Of a stretch of DNA of 64,000 nucleotides, positions 35,516-47,515 are shown piece after piece; within the stretch, counting starts at the first letter, position 1; each line of letters starts with the position of its first letter. The notes below the pieces were generated by a model that saw only the letters and a list, made by a program, of their open reading frames with translations, had not been told where the DNA came from and did not search any database. The DNA comes from Patescibacteria group bacterium (GTDB lineage: Bacteria; Patescibacteriota; Patescibacteriia; Patescibacteriales; UBA12465): contig JAQUWT010000003.1 of NCBI GenBank assembly GCA_028692765.1, positions 3,590-67,589 of the forward strand, read 5' to 3'. The position numbers were made by a program, and so were the translations under genes.

Positions 35516-38119
35516 ATGGGCAGGAAAAAGAAAAAAGCGGATAACCCATTTGAAAATTTACCTAATTTTGAACTGAGCGACAATGCTAAGCGCAGCATCG
35601 GCATTGTTATTGTCTTTGCCTTTGGCTTAATTGCTCTTTTGGGTTTATTTAACCTTTCCGGTCGTTCCGGCGTTTTTTTGTCGCACTGGCTGTCTTTGAT
35701 ATTCGGTTTTGGCAAATGGCTGGTGCCTCTAGTTTTGCTTTTTTGGGGGATACTATTGGTGCGCGACAAGACGGTTGACGTCAAGCCGAGCGATTATTTC
35801 GGTTTGTTTCTTTTGTTTGTCTCCTATCAGACGCTGTTCCATTTTTTCTTGGAGGAGGCTGATTGGTTAGAAAATGCTCAGGCCGGTCTCGGTGGCGGCT
35901 ATGTCGGCTATTATTTAAGCCGCTTGTTCCTTTATGCTTTCGGCTTCTGGGGCGGTGTCATAATTCTATTCTGTTTACTATTGGTAGCTCTGGTGATTGT
36001 CTTTAATACCTCTCTGTCTAAACTGATAGGCCGGGAAAGCTTTTTGGCTAATTTCGGGCGCACTTTAGGCAACGCTTTCCGCGGGGTTTTTTCTGCCTCG
36101 TCGTCGACCGAGAAGGGGAAAAACACAGAAGCAGAAAATTTACTAGAGTCTGCCCGGGCCGAAGTTTTGGAGACTTGGCAGAAGCGGGAATTAAGCGACA
36201 AAGAGATTGATGAAGACGTTGAAGATGAGTCGGAGGACATCAATTCTGAATTATCGGCTCAGCAGGCGCATCTGGCCCAAGCCGCCGCTTCTAAGGCGCA
36301 GGCAAAATTATCTTTGCCCAAGAAAAAGATAAAGATAGATTTACCGATTGAATTGTTGAATCATAAATCAGGCCAGGCGGTCGGCGGCGATATTCAGATA
36401 GGAGCCGCTAAAATTAAGCGCACCTTGGAAAATTTCGGTATTGCTGTAGAAATGGCCGAAACGAAAGTGGGACCGACTGTCACCCAATATACTTTCAAAC
36501 CGGCAGAGGGGGTTAAAGTCTCCCGCATCATTACTTTGAACAATGATTTATCTTTAGCCTTGGCGGCTCATCCAATCAGAATCGAGGCGCCGATTCCCGG
36601 CCAATCATTAGTGGGGGTGGAGGTTCCCAATAAAGCTAAGGCTGTGGTCGGTTTGAGAGAAATTCTTGAAGATTCGGTATTCAAGAATCGCAAGCATAAC
36701 TTGATGATTGCTTTAGGCAAAGATGTTTCCGGAACGGCTTGGATTTACGATATTACGCGCATGCCGCATTTATTGGTGGCCGGTGCCACTAATTCCGGCA
36801 AGTCAGTCTGTTTGAATACGATTATAATTTCCTTGCTTTATCAGAATAATCCCGATGATTTGCGCTTTATCATGGTTGATCCCAAAAGAGTGGAGCTTCC
36901 GGCTTATAATGGTATTCCACACTTGCTGACGCCGGTCATTACCGAAGTATCCAAGACTATTAATGCTTTGAAGTGGTGTCTTAACGAAATGGATAGGCGC
37001 TATGATTTATTGAATAAAGCCGGCAAGAAAAATATTCAGACTTATAACGCTGATAAGCCGGAGGAAAAATTGCCCTACATTATCTTTATCATCGACGAGT
37101 TGGCTGATTTTATGATGACTTCCGGCAAAGAGATGGAGGCGGCGATTATCCGTCTGGCGCAGATGTCCCGAGCGGTTGGCATTCATCTTATTTTGGCGAC
37201 TCAGCGTCCGAGCGTTGATGTTATTACCGGTTTAATCAAGGCGAATGTGCCCGCTCGCATCGCTTTCTCTGTCACCTCTTTGGTTGATTCCAAAACAATT
37301 TTGGATATGAGTGGAGCGGAAAAGTTACTGGGCCAGGGCGATATGCTTTTAACCACGGCTGAGCTCTCTAAGCCAAAGCGCATCCAGGGAGCTTATGTTA
37401 GTGATCAGGAAATTAATGATGTAATTAATTATATTAAAGAAAAGAGCGGAGAGGCCGATTATCTTGAAGGCGTAACCGACAGACAAAAGGTAGGAGGCGT
37501 GGCTGGTGTCGGCCTTGATGGCACCCACGGCGATGAAGATGAATTGATGTCGGAGGCTCAGGAAATAATTATCAAAGCGGGGAAAGCTTCTACTTCTTTA
37601 CTTCAGCGGCGCCTGTCAATCGGTTATGGACGAGCCGCTAAGATTTTGGATATGCTGGAAGAGGCTGGCATTATCGGTCCGGCTAATGGTTCAAAGCCAA
37701 GGGAAATATTAATTAGCAAAGAACAGTTTGAAAATATGCAGAATCAAGGAGTGAGCGCTATGCCGGTTCATAATCGCCGAGAAATGTCCGCCCCTGAAAA
37801 TTATTTTGGAGAAGATGAAGGCGATGATGATACTCTGTCTTTTGCGCCGGCCGAGGAGGAGGATGACACCGCGAAAATAACTGAAGATGAAGACTCCGAA
37901 GAAGACGAAAGCGGCGAAGATAATAATGATAATCAAGATGTGCCCGCCTTCTTATTGGATGATGATGGTCCCGACGATGATATTCGTGAAGAGAACGAGA
38001 TTCTTGAAGAAATTAAGACGGAGCCGGCATCGCCATCAAAGCCAGATGGAGAAAAAAACCAGACGGTTAAAGCTCGGGTTTTTGACGAGGAAGATGAAGG
38101 GATGTTTTTTAGCCGGTGA
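35516..38119 (+). CDS. ftsK: DNA translocase FtsK/SpoIIIE with acidic C-terminal tail
   Basis: N-terminal TM helices, Walker A GATNSGKS, Walker B IIDELAD, ATQRPS, and a gamma winged helix (LLQRRLSIGYGRAAKILDMLEEAGI). About 130 aa of Asp/Glu-rich tail follow. Confidence 0.95.
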   Translation: MGRKKKKADNPFENLPNFELSDNAKRSIGIVIVFAFGLIALLGLFNLSGRSGVFLSHWLSLIFGFGKWLVPLVLLFWGILLVRDKTVDVKPSDYFGLFLLFVSYQTLFHFFLEEADWLENAQAGLGGGYVGYYLSRLFLYAFGFWGGVIILFCLLLVALVIVFNTSLSKLIGRESFLANFGRTLGNAFRGVFSASSSTEKGKNTEAENLLESARAEVLETWQKRELSDKEIDEDVEDESEDINSELSAQQAHLAQAAASKAQAKLSLPKKKIKIDLPIELLNHKSGQAVGGDIQIGAAKIKRTLENFGIAVEMAETKVGPTVTQYTFKPAEGVKVSRIITLNNDLSLALAAHPIRIEAPIPGQSLVGVEVPNKAKAVVGLREILEDSVFKNRKHNLMIALGKDVSGTAWIYDITRMPHLLVAGATNSGKSVCLNTIIISLLYQNNPDDLRFIMVDPKRVELPAYNGIPHLLTPVITEVSKTINALKWCLNEMDRRYDLLNKAGKKNIQTYNADKPEEKLPYIIFIIDELADFMMTSGKEMEAAIIRLAQMSRAVGIHLILATQRPSVDVITGLIKANVPARIAFSVTSLVDSKTILDMSGAEKLLGQGDMLLTTAELSKPKRIQGAYVSDQEINDVINYIKEKSGEADYLEGVTDRQKVGGVAGVGLDGTHGDEDELMSEAQEIIIKAGKASTSLLQRRLSIGYGRAAKILDMLEEAGIIGPANGSKPREILISKEQFENMQNQGVSAMPVHNRREMSAPENYFGEDEGDDDTLSFAPAEEEDDTAKITEDEDSEEDESGEDNNDNQDVPAFLLDDDGPDDDIREENEILEEIKTEPASPSKPDGEKNQTVKARVFDEEDEGMFFSR

Positions 38120-38134
38120 TTTAATGATTAAATA

Positions 38135-38159
38135 AAAAGGCCGATTTCGGTCTTTTTTG
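38135..38159 (+). terminator. Intrinsic terminator after ftsK
   Basis: GGCCG attt CGGTC followed by T6. Confidence 0.6.
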
Positions 38160-38201
38160 TATAGTTTTTTCTTTTTTAGTTTCTTGTTATACTAATGAGG
38201 T

Positions 38202-39614
38202 ATGCTTGCCAAAATTAAGAGTTTAATCCCAATATCAATCTTTCGTCGTCTTCAGCCCGTTTATCATTTTTTAACGGGTTATCTGGCGGCTTTGTATTAC
38301 CGTTTTCCCAGCCGGCAATTACTTATCATCGGCGTTACCGGCACTACCGGCAAAACTTCAAGCGTCTATTTTTTATCTCGTCTTTTGAGCGCTAACGGTT
38401 ATAAGTCGGGCTATACTTCTACGGCTCAATTTAATGACGGCGACAGGGAATGGCTTAATGATAAAAAGATGACGATGCCGGGTCGTTTTTTCCTGCAGCG
38501 GACTTTGAGGCGTATGGTTAATAACGGCTGTAAAGCCGCTGTCGTGGAAACCACTTCTCAGGGGATAGAGCAGTTCCGCCATCGTTTCATTAATTATGAT
38601 TTATTGATTTTTACCAATCTTTATCCGGAACATATCGACGCCCATGGCAGTTTTGAAAATTATAAGCGCGCCAAGGGCAAGCTTTTTGCCCATCTATCTC
38701 GTTGCGGCTCTAAATATTTGGATGATGACAATAAAGTAGTTTCTAGCCCGAGCGGATTGCGGCAGACGGAGCTTTTAAAGGTTAAAAAAACAATTATTGT
38801 AAATGGCGACGATGACCAAGCTCCATATTTTTTATCTTTTCCGGCAGAACGCAAATGCGTCTATACGCTTAAACCCGATTTAGCCGTCGCACATTTAACG
38901 GATGATTCTGGACAGGAGATTCAGCCGCAACCGGAATTTTTCCGTTATGAACCATTGTTTTCTGAGGCTTCCGGTTCGGATTTTCAATTTAACGGCAAAC
39001 GCTTCCATCTTTCAATCCTCGGTTCCTATCATGTTTTTAATGCTGTTGCCGCCTTAACTGCCGCTTCCGCCCTCAATATCGACGCTGAACAGTCGGCGTC
39101 CGCCTTGGCAAATATTAAATCTTTAGCCGGCAAGATGGAGAGGATAGAGGCTGGGCAAAATTTTCAGGTATTAATCGATTATGCATTTGAACCCAAAGCC
39201 TTAGAAGCCTTATATCAGAATCTTGATTTTATTCCTCATCGCCGTTTAATTCATATTTTAGGCTCGGCCGGCGGCGGCCGGGATCAGGCACGGCGGCCGA
39301 TTTTAGGCAGGATGGCGGGAGAAAAAGCGGATATAGTGATTGTGACCGATGAAGACCCCTATGATGACAACCCTTGGGACATTATCAATCAGGTGGCAGC
39401 CGGAGCGGAAAAGGCAGGTAAAGTTTCGGAATCAAATCTTTATAAAGTTCTTGATCGGCGGGAAGCTATGCGCCTAGCCTTCCGTTTAGCCGGCGCGGAT
39501 GACCTCGTCCTTATTACCGGCAAGGGGGCGGAGCAGTATATTTGTGGCCCCAAAGGCAGTCAGACTCCCTGGGATGACCGGATTGTCGCTCGAGAAGAAT
39601 TAGCGCATCATTGA
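38202..39614 (+). CDS. murE: Mur ligase family protein, UDP-MurNAc-tripeptide synthetase (MurE-like)
   Basis: P-loop GVTGTTGKTS, middle-domain motifs, and C-terminal IVTDEDPYDDNP. Amino-acid specificity cannot be read from the sequence. Confidence 0.8.
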   Translation: MLAKIKSLIPISIFRRLQPVYHFLTGYLAALYYRFPSRQLLIIGVTGTTGKTSSVYFLSRLLSANGYKSGYTSTAQFNDGDREWLNDKKMTMPGRFFLQRTLRRMVNNGCKAAVVETTSQGIEQFRHRFINYDLLIFTNLYPEHIDAHGSFENYKRAKGKLFAHLSRCGSKYLDDDNKVVSSPSGLRQTELLKVKKTIIVNGDDDQAPYFLSFPAERKCVYTLKPDLAVAHLTDDSGQEIQPQPEFFRYEPLFSEASGSDFQFNGKRFHLSILGSYHVFNAVAALTAASALNIDAEQSASALANIKSLAGKMERIEAGQNFQVLIDYAFEPKALEALYQNLDFIPHRRLIHILGSAGGGRDQARRPILGRMAGEKADIVIVTDEDPYDDNPWDIINQVAAGAEKAGKVSESNLYKVLDRREAMRLAFRLAGADDLVLITGKGAEQYICGPKGSQTPWDDRIVAREELAHH

Positions 39615-39671
39615 TAATAGTGAAGTTTTTGTTGTTTTGAAGCCTAAGTTTTTCTGTGGAGAAATTGTGTA

Positions 39672-39700
39672 TTGACAAAAGATAATTATTGTAATATTAT
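39672..39700 (+). promoter_or_regulatory. Near-consensus sigma-70 promoter for rpoBC (TTGACA-17-TATTAT)
   Basis: TTGACA at 39672-39677, a 17-nt spacer, then TATTAT at 39695-39700. This implies a ~300-nt leader. Confidence 0.65.
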
Positions 39701-39877
39701 AGACAATACAATCAGCTATTAGGCAAAAATGATAATAAAAACGGTTGTTCGGGTGTTATTTTCTCCTTAATTCACCAATCCGTTTTTTTTGTATTTTTCG
39801 CCAACATTCACTTTATAAATAAGCATATTCTAAAGTGATTATAAAATTTCGGCGCAATTAAATAAAACTACAGTTAA

Positions 39878-39907
39878 CTCAAGCTTAAATCAGTTTGAGA
39901 TTTTTTT
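39878..39907 (+). terminator. Terminator-like hairpin inside the rpoB leader (possible attenuator)
   Basis: 8-bp stem CTCAAGCT/AGTTTGAG (one G-T pair), 6-nt loop, then A+T7. Confidence 0.45.
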
Positions 39908-40004
39908 GTTGAAAGCGCCTATCTTCATCAAGTCAATAAATTTAGGCCGGACTATCGCCTTTCTCTTTAGCAGATGGCGCTTGGTTTGCCGCCCTTAAAG
40001 TTCT

Positions 40005-43000
40005 ATGTCTAATGTAAGCGTAGCGGATAAAAAAATCGCAGAGCGTAAGTTTTTTACCGATTTCAAAGAAGTCATGCCTTTGCCCGATCTTATTGAAATC
40101 CAAAAAGATTCTTATCGCTGGTTTTTAGAAGAAGGACTGGCCGAATTATTTGACGAAATTAATCCGGTTACCGATTTCATCGGTAGAGATTTAGAATTAT
40201 ACTTTGAAGATTACTATCTTGACGAGCCCAAGTTTTCCGAAACTGAGAGCCGCGAAAAGAACATCACTTATGAGGCCCCCTTGCGCGTCAAGACTCGTTT
40301 ACTCAATAAAAAGACCAATCAAGGCTCTAATCAGGAAGTCTATTTAGGCGATTTCCCGATTATGACTGATAAGGGCACTTTTATCATTAACGGCATTGAG
40401 CGCGTAGTTGTTTCTCAATTGATTCGTTCTGCCGGCGTGATGTTTACCGCTGAATTTATCAAGGGCAAAAAGTGCTACGGTGCCAAGATTATTCCTAATC
40501 GCGGCGCTTGGCTGGAAATAGAAACTGATTCAAATAAAGTAATTTGGGTGCGTATTGATCGTAAGCGCAAGGTGGCGGTAACGTCGCTATTGCGTGCTTT
40601 TGGCTATGAAGAAGATGAAGAATTGAAAAAACTTTTCAGCGATGTCGATTTAGTGAAAAGCAGCGACGAACCCACCTTCATTGAAGCGACAATTGAGAAG
40701 GACGCGGCCAAGAATGAAGCCGAAGGCCTGCAGGAAGTTTATCGCCGCATCCGCCCTGGAGATTTAGCGTCTGTAGAAAATGCCCGCCAGCTTATCCATT
40801 CCATGTTTTTCCGTTTTGACCGCTATGATTTTGGCCGGGTCGGGCGCTATAAATTAAACCGCCGTTTCGCTTTGGATTTGCCGAATAAAAAAGAGAACCG
40901 GGTTTTAAGAAAAGAAGATTTGCTTTTAATCGTAAAGGAAGTTATCCGTTTGAATATTACCAAAGAGCCGGAAGATGATATCGATCATTTGGGTAATCGC
41001 CGCATCCGCGCTATCGGCGGTTTGATTCAGAATCGTTTCCGCGTAGGTTTGGCGCGCATGGAGCGCATTATCAAAGACAGGATGTCGACTTCGGATATCG
41101 CTACCTTAACCCCTAATAAATTAGTGAATTCACGGCCGGTTATCGGTGTTGTTAAAGAATTTTTCATGTCCTCCCAGCTGTCTCAGTTTATGGATCAGAC
41201 CAATCCTTTGGCTGAACTTGAACATAAGCGCCGCTTATCGGCGATGGGGCCTGGCGGTTTAACTAGGGAACGTGCCGGTTTCGATGTGCGCGACGTTCAC
41301 TCCACCCATTATGGCCGCATCTGTCCGATTGCAACCCCGGAAGGACCGAATATCGGTCTTGTCGGCCACTTAGCCAGCCATGCCCGCCTGAACAGTTACG
41401 GCTTTTTGGAAACCCCCTATCGCCGCGTCAAGCATGAAAAGAGCGGCAGCCGAATTACGGATGAAGTTGTCTATTTAGACGCTTTTGAGGAAGAAAAATA
41501 TATTACCGTCGATTCCACTATTCCGGTTGATGATTCTGGACGTTTTGCGGTTAGCCGTTATGAGGTCCGCAAATTCGGACAGCCGGGCGTTGAAGACGTA
41601 AACAAGATTGATTTTGTGGGCGTGGCCGCCAATCAGATTATTTCTATCGCCACTTCTTTGATTCCTTTCATGGAACATAATGACGGCCAGCGCTCTTTAA
41701 TGGGCACGAACATGCAACGTCAGGCTGTGCCTTTAGTTAAAGCGGAAGCGCCCATCGTCGGTACCGGCGTCGAGGCCCGCGCCGCCCGCGATAGCGGACA
41801 CGTGGCGATTGCCAAGGAAGACGGCATTGTCGTTAAATCCGAGGCCGCTTTGATTGAAATTGAAAATAAAAAAGGCCAATTAAGCCAGTATCATTTAAAT
41901 AAATTTTTACGTTCCAATTCTTCCACTTGTATCAACCAGCATCCTTTAGTAACGGTGGGAGAAAAAGTTAAAGCTGGTCAAATTTTAACCGACGGCCCCT
42001 CGATTGATAACGGCGAGCTTTCTCTCGGCCGTAATGTTTTAGTGGCTTTTATGACCTGGGATGGCTTTAATTATGAAGACGCTATTATTATTTCCGAGCG
42101 CTTGGTGAAGGAAGATGTTTATTCTTCCATTCATATTGAAAACTATACGATTGATGTTCGCGACACCAAGCTCGGCCCCGAATTGATTACTAACGATATT
42201 CCCAACATCAGCGAAGAAAAGCTTAAGAATCTTGATGAAGACGGCATTATTCATATTGGCGCCGAAGTGTCTTCGGGCGATATTCTGGTTGGTAAAATCA
42301 CCCCCAAAGGCGAAACGACTTTGTCGGCGGAAGAAAAATTGTTGAGAGCTATTTTTGGAGAGAAAGCCAAAGATGTCCGCGACTCCTCCCTCTATTTGGA
42401 ACACGGTGAACACGGCAAAGTGGTCGATGTGAAGATTTTTTCCCGAGAGGAGGGCGATAAGCTGGCTGCCGGCGTTTTGAAATCAATTCAGGTATCCGTG
42501 GCTAATTTGCGCAAGATTCAAGTGGGCGATAAGATGTCCGGCCGCCATGGCAATAAGGGCGTTATTTCTAAAGTGGTTCCGGCCGAAGATATGCCTTATA
42601 TGGCCGACGGCACGCCTATCGATATTATCCTTTCGCCTTTAGGTATTATTTCTCGTATGAATTTGGGTCAGCTATTAGAGACCCATCTCGGTTTTGCGGC
42701 GAAGAAATTAGGCTATCGCATCGCTACTCCGGCTTTAAACGGCGTGTCCGAAGAGCAGATTAAGGGAGAATTGAAAAAAGCTGGCTTGCCTGAGGACGGT
42801 AAAGTTACCCTGTATGACGGCAAGACCGGTGAAGCCTTCGACAATAAAATCACGGTCGGTTATAAGTATGTCTTGAAGCTCAATCATATGGTGGAAGACA
42901 AGATTCACCAGCGTTCCATCGGTCCGTATTCTTTGATTACTCAGCAACCTTTGGGCGGCAAGGCCCAGTTTGGCGGTCAGCGTTTCGGTGAAATGGAAGT

Positions 43001-43340
43001 TTGGGCGCTTGAAGGTTACGGCGCTTCCCACACTCTGCAGGAAATGCTTACCATTAAATCGGACGACGTCCCCGGACGCAGTAAAGCCTATGAGGCGATT
43101 ATTAAAGGTGAAGAAATTGAGAAGTTGAACGTCCCCGAATCTTTTAACGTGTTAATCAGAGAACTGAAAGGACTTGGTCTCAGCGTTGAGCTTTTGGGCG
43201 GCAGCGGCGGCCAGACCGCTTCTGAAGTTGAAACCGAAATTGACTTAGAGGAGAAAAAAGACCCGCGCTATGACTATGACAAGCCGGAGATAATTGCCAC
43301 TGCTGACGGCGTCGATACGGCCGCTCCGGCGGAAGAATAG
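40005..43340 (+). CDS. rpoB: DNA-directed RNA polymerase beta subunit
   Basis: Conserved blocks [32 protein letters not shown] and [16 protein letters not shown]. Confidence 0.98.
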   Translation: MSNVSVADKKIAERKFFTDFKEVMPLPDLIEIQKDSYRWFLEEGLAELFDEINPVTDFIGRDLELYFEDYYLDEPKFSETESREKNITYEAPLRVKTRLLNKKTNQGSNQEVYLGDFPIMTDKGTFIINGIERVVVSQLIRSAGVMFTAEFIKGKKCYGAKIIPNRGAWLEIETDSNKVIWVRIDRKRKVAVTSLLRAFGYEEDEELKKLFSDVDLVKSSDEPTFIEATIEKDAAKNEAEGLQEVYRRIRPGDLASVENARQLIHSMFFRFDRYDFGRVGRYKLNRRFALDLPNKKENRVLRKEDLLLIVKEVIRLNITKEPEDDIDHLGNRRIRAIGGLIQNRFRVGLARMERIIKDRMSTSDIATLTPNKLVNSRPVIGVVKEFFMSSQLSQFMDQTNPLAELEHKRRLSAMGPGGLTRERAGFDVRDVHSTHYGRICPIATPEGPNIGLVGHLASHARLNSYGFLETPYRRVKHEKSGSRITDEVVYLDAFEEEKYITVDSTIPVDDSGRFAVSRYEVRKFGQPGVEDVNKIDFVGVAANQIISIATSLIPFMEHNDGQRSLMGTNMQRQAVPLVKAEAPIVGTGVEARAARDSGHVAIAKEDGIVVKSEAALIEIENKKGQLSQYHLNKFLRSNSSTCINQHPLVTVGEKVKAGQILTDGPSIDNGELSLGRNVLVAFMTWDGFNYEDAIIISERLVKEDVYSSIHIENYTIDVRDTKLGPELITNDIPNISEEKLKNLDEDGIIHIGAEVSSGDILVGKITPKGETTLSAEEKLLRAIFGEKAKDVRDSSLYLEHGEHGKVVDVKIFSREEGDKLAAGVLKSIQVSVANLRKIQVGDKMSGRHGNKGVISKVVPAEDMPYMADGTPIDIILSPLGIISRMNLGQLLETHLGFAAKKLGYRIATPALNGVSEEQIKGELKKAGLPEDGKVTLYDGKTGEAFDNKITVGYKYVLKLNHMVEDKIHQRSIGPYSLITQQPLGGKAQFGGQRFGEMEVWALEGYGASHTLQEMLTIKSDDVPGRSKAYEAIIKGEEIEKLNVPESFNVLIRELKGLGLSVELLGGSGGQTASEVETEIDLEEKKDPRYDYDKPEIIATADGVDTAAPAEE

Positions 43341-43380
43341 GTTTTCGCTTCAAATTTTATCAAATCAATTCTATACATAT

Positions 43381-46300
43381 ATGTTGAATCCAATTAAAAC
43401 CAGCGATTTCGACGCTTTGCGCCTCAAGCTCGCTTCGCCCGAGGAAATAATTTCTTGGTCGCACGGAGAAGTCGTTAGGCCGGAAACAATCAACTATCGC
43501 ACGCAGAAGCCGGAAAAGGACGGTCTTTTCTGCGAGAAGATTTTTGGCCCGACTAAAGATTGGGAGTGCGCTTGCGGAAAATATAAGAAAATCCGCTATA
43601 AAGGCATAGTGTGCGATAAATGCGGCGTAGAAGTCACTCGTAGCGTTGTCCGTCGGGAGCGCATGGGCCATATCAATCTGCAAATTCCTTGCACCCATAT
43701 TTGGTTTTTAAGAGGGATTTCTTCAAAAATCGGTTTGCTTTTAAATCTTGGTATTCAGTCTTTAGAAAAGGTTATCTATTTTGCCAGTTTTATCGTGACT
43801 GATGTCGATGAAGGCTTAAAAGAGGCGGCGATTGAGCAGATAAAGAGCGAGCATAAATCTAAGCGCAAGAGCATTGAGTCGGAATTGGCTCAGCAGATAA
43901 AACGCATCCAGGATAGCCGCGCCGATTTGAAGGAAGGCAAGGCTAAGGCAGAAGTCGATGCCAGTATTGCTAATCAGATTAAGTTAGCTACGGCCGAGCG
44001 CGATGAAAAATTGGAAAGATTGGATGAAGATTTTGCTCAAGTTTCTAAAGAATTAAAGGAACTTAAGCCTTTGTTAATATTATCAGAACATCAATATCAG
44101 AATTTAAGCTTGAAATTCGGCCATTTGTTCGAGGCCGGCATCGGCGCGGAAGCCATTAGATTGTTACTTTCCCGCATAGATTTATCTAAGAGTATTGATA
44201 AGGTGGAAGAAAAATTGAAAGACGCCGTTGATTCCAAGCGCGATAAACTAACCAAACGCTTAAAACTTTTAAAGAGTTTCCGTAATAATAATCTGCGCCC
44301 GGAGTGGATGATTATGAATGTTTTACCGGTAGTGCCGCCTGATTTGCGCCCGATGGTTGCGCTTGACGGCGGTCGCTTTGCCGCTTCCGATTTAAACGAC
44401 CTTTATCGCCGGGTTATCAACCGCAATAATCGCTTAAAACAACTGATTGATTTGAATGCTCCCGAAGTTATTTGCCGCAATGAAAAGCGCATGTTGCAGG
44501 AAGCGGTTGATGCTCTGATTGATAATTCTGCCCGCCATACTAAAACCGTGACGGCTTCTACCGGCCAAAAGCGCCAGTTAAAATCTTTAGCAGACGGCTT
44601 AAAGGGTAAACAGGGTCGTTTTCGCCAGAATTTATTGGGCAAGCGCGTCGATTATTCCGGCCGCAGCGTTATCGTGGTAAATCCTAAGTTAAATCTCGAC
44701 CAATGCGGTTTGCCTAAAATCATGGCTTTGGAATTATTTAAGCCTTTTATTATCAGTCAATTGATTAAGCGCGAAATCGTCCATAATGTCCGTAGCGCTT
44801 CCCGTTATATCGAAGCCGGTCATGATGAGGTTTTTGATATTTTGGAAGAAACCGTTAAAGAAGCTTATGTTTTATTGAATCGCGCTCCCACCTTGCATCG
44901 TTTGGGCATCCAGGCCTTCAAGCCTATTTTAATTGAAGGTAAGGCGATTCAAATCCATCCTTTGGTTTGTACCGCTTTTAACGCCGACTTCGACGGCGAT
45001 CAAATGGCCGTCCATGTGCCTCTGACCAAGGAGGCTAAGCAGGAAGCGGCTAATATCATGCTCTCTTCCCATAATTTGTTGAAGCCGGCTACCGGTGATC
45101 CGATTGTAGCGCCCGCTCAAGATATTGTTTGGGGAACCTATTATATCACCTTGGAAGATCCGACCTATAAAGACAAAAAAGATCAGGAGCTAAAATATTT
45201 TTATAACGACGACGACGCGATTTTAGCTTATGATAATAGCTTCGTTTCTTTAAACGAGCCGGTTATTACTAAAATTAACGGAGAACGCCTGCGCACCACC
45301 GTCGGCCGGATGATTTTTAATTTGATTTTGCCGGAAAAGTTGCGCTACATCAACGAGGTCGTGGGTAAAGGCAAGCTTAAAGATTTGATTCGCGAATGCC
45401 TGCGTCTTTATACCGAAGAGGAGACGGTTAAATTTATTGATAATTTGAAAAATAAGAGTTTCTCTTTCATCACTAAGTCTGGCCTTTCTTGGGGTTTTGG
45501 CGATTTGCCCTCTTTGCCGGAGAAGGATCGCTTAATCGCCGAAGCTAATGATAAAATCGACCTTATCCAAGAACAGTACGAAGACGGCTTGCTCACCGAG
45601 AGCGAACGCTATGCCAAGGTGATTGAAGAATGGACCAACACCAAGGACCAGATTGCCGATATTTGTAAGAAGGGGCTGGTCAATATTTTACCGGTTTTCT
45701 CGATGATTGATTCCGGCGCTCGCGGTTCCTGGGCTCAGCCGGTGCAAATTTTGGGCATGAAGGGCTTAGTGACTTCGCCTTCCGGCGCCATTATCGAATT
45801 GCCGGTCAAGGGTAATTTTAAAGAAGGTTTCGGCGTGTTGGAATATTTTATTTCCACCCATGGTGTCCGCAAAGGTTTGTCCGATACCGCTTTAAGAACG
45901 GCTAATGCCGGTTATCTTACCCGTCGTTTGATTGATGTTTCTCAGGATGTGATTGTCACTGAAGACGACTGCGGCGATAAGAAGGGCGTATATTACACCA
46001 AGGAAGAAACAGAAAAGACCGGTGAAGATTTTTACAAGAAGATTATCGGCCGCTATCTGGCGCAAGATTTGCTTGATGATAAGGGCAAGCTAATGTTAAA
46101 GGCCGGGTCTCTGATTAACGAAGATGTATCTAAAGATTTGAAGGCAAAAAATATCGGCGCCTTGAATTTGCGCTCGGTTTTAAGCTGCCATTTGCATAAG
46201 GGCGTCTGCGCCAAGTGCTATGGCTGGGATTTAGCTTATAATAAGGAAGTTAAGCTTGGCTCGGCTGTCGGCATCATTGCCGCCCAGTCTATCGGCGAAC

Positions 46301-47370
46301 CAGGCACGCAGCTGACGATGAGAACCTTCCATACTGGCGGCGTCGCCGGACAAGACGATATTACTCAGGGTCTTCCTCGCGTTGAAGAAATTTTTGAGGC
46401 GCGCAGTCCGAAGAAAAAAGCCTTAATTTCTGACGTTGCCGGTAAGGTCAAAATTGAATTCGCCCAGAAAACCATTAAAGACCAAGACGGTAAAGATATC
46501 GTTGTTCCTAATCCTCAAGCGAAAATTTTAAGTATAATTTATCGCGGCAAAGAGCAGGAGAAATATTATTTTTCCGAAAAGATTAACGAGTTGAAGCTAG
46601 CTTCGGGCTTGACGGCCAAGGATAAGAAGAAGCTGGTTCCGGAAATTTCCGTTAAAGACGGCGATAAGGTCGCGAAGGGAGTAGAAATTTTCAAAGTCGG
46701 CGGTGAAAGCGTAAAAGCCAAGAGCGCCGGCATCGCGGCGGTTACTGACAAATATATCGGTATTGCCAAGGATGTGGACAAGGTAAAAGAATTTTCTATC
46801 TTAAAGGGTACGATGATGATGGTTAAAGATGGCGATGAAGTGGAAAAGGGAACACAGTTGACAGAAGGCAGTCTTGATTTGCGCGAATTATATAAGCTGA
46901 AAGGAGAGCTGGAAACTCAAAAATATATTATTAGGGAAATCCAATATGTATATTCTTCGCAGGGGCAGCCTTTAAACGATAAGCATGTGGAAATAATTGC
47001 TCGCCAAATGTTCTCCCGCTATCTTATTAAAGACCCGGGAGATACCAGCATGCTGCCGGGAGAGACGGTGGAGGCAGAAGTTTTTGAACATGCCAATCAA
47101 GAAATTAAAGCCAAGGCTAAAGCCGATCGTTTACTCATGGGCATCACCAAGGCTTCTTTGACCACCGATAGTTTCTTATCAGCCGCGTCCTTCCAGGAAA
47201 CGCCCAGAGTATTGATTGAAGCGGCAGTTAACGGCAAGATTGATTATCTTGAAGGCTTAAAGGAAAATGTTATCATCGGCTGTTTGATTCCGGCCGGTAC
47301 CGGCTATAAGGGCAAGAAAGTGCGCGACGAATATGAAAACATCCAGCCGCAAGCTCTCAGTGAAAAATAA
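43381..47370 (+). CDS. rpoC: DNA-directed RNA polymerase beta' subunit
   Basis: Zn-binding CACGKYKK...CDKCGVEV, catalytic [12 protein letters not shown], and the trigger-loop region. I prefer the ATG at 43381 ([23 protein letters not shown]). Confidence 0.98.
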   Translation: MLNPIKTSDFDALRLKLASPEEIISWSHGEVVRPETINYRTQKPEKDGLFCEKIFGPTKDWECACGKYKKIRYKGIVCDKCGVEVTRSVVRRERMGHINLQIPCTHIWFLRGISSKIGLLLNLGIQSLEKVIYFASFIVTDVDEGLKEAAIEQIKSEHKSKRKSIESELAQQIKRIQDSRADLKEGKAKAEVDASIANQIKLATAERDEKLERLDEDFAQVSKELKELKPLLILSEHQYQNLSLKFGHLFEAGIGAEAIRLLLSRIDLSKSIDKVEEKLKDAVDSKRDKLTKRLKLLKSFRNNNLRPEWMIMNVLPVVPPDLRPMVALDGGRFAASDLNDLYRRVINRNNRLKQLIDLNAPEVICRNEKRMLQEAVDALIDNSARHTKTVTASTGQKRQLKSLADGLKGKQGRFRQNLLGKRVDYSGRSVIVVNPKLNLDQCGLPKIMALELFKPFIISQLIKREIVHNVRSASRYIEAGHDEVFDILEETVKEAYVLLNRAPTLHRLGIQAFKPILIEGKAIQIHPLVCTAFNADFDGDQMAVHVPLTKEAKQEAANIMLSSHNLLKPATGDPIVAPAQDIVWGTYYITLEDPTYKDKKDQELKYFYNDDDAILAYDNSFVSLNEPVITKINGERLRTTVGRMIFNLILPEKLRYINEVVGKGKLKDLIRECLRLYTEEETVKFIDNLKNKSFSFITKSGLSWGFGDLPSLPEKDRLIAEANDKIDLIQEQYEDGLLTESERYAKVIEEWTNTKDQIADICKKGLVNILPVFSMIDSGARGSWAQPVQILGMKGLVTSPSGAIIELPVKGNFKEGFGVLEYFISTHGVRKGLSDTALRTANAGYLTRRLIDVSQDVIVTEDDCGDKKGVYYTKEETEKTGEDFYKKIIGRYLAQDLLDDKGKLMLKAGSLINEDVSKDLKAKNIGALNLRSVLSCHLHKGVCAKCYGWDLAYNKEVKLGSAVGIIAAQSIGEPGTQLTMRTFHTGGVAGQDDITQGLPRVEEIFEARSPKKKALISDVAGKVKIEFAQKTIKDQDGKDIVVPNPQAKILSIIYRGKEQEKYYFSEKINELKLASGLTAKDKKKLVPEISVKDGDKVAKGVEIFKVGGESVKAKSAGIAAVTDKYIGIAKDVDKVKEFSILKGTMMMVKDGDEVEKGTQLTEGSLDLRELYKLKGELETQKYIIREIQYVYSSQGQPLNDKHVEIIARQMFSRYLIKDPGDTSMLPGETVEAEVFEHANQEIKAKAKADRLLMGITKASLTTDSFLSAASFQETPRVLIEAAVNGKIDYLEGLKENVIIGCLIPAGTGYKGKKVRDEYENIQPQALSEK

Positions 47371-47394
47371 TATTTGTTGATATTTGGTAATATA

Positions 47395-47431
47395 AAAATC
47401 TCTCTGATTATCCGAGGGGTTTTTATTTTTG
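47395..47431 (+). terminator. Probable terminator after rpoC
   Basis: Imperfect hairpin ATCTCTC ... GAGGGGT with G-T pairs, followed by TTTTTATTTTT. Confidence 0.5.
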
Positions 47432-47515
47432 CCTGTTAATTTTTAGAGAATCTTAGTATAATAAGGATAGGCTTTGATATTTTAATATATCGGAGCGGCG
47501 GGTATTTATTATGGT

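Noticed and set aside
35257-35784. 175-aa minus-strand ORF spanning the CDF/ftsK junction.
   Set aside because: It is antisense to two well-supported genes, and its Lys/Pro-rich composition looks like an antisense frame of AT-rich coding DNA.
43294-43380. N-terminal extension of rpoC overlapping the rpoB 3' end (ORF-track start 43294).
   Set aside because: The extension ([18 protein letters not shown]...) is not RpoC-like. The conserved N-terminus begins at the ATG at 43381.
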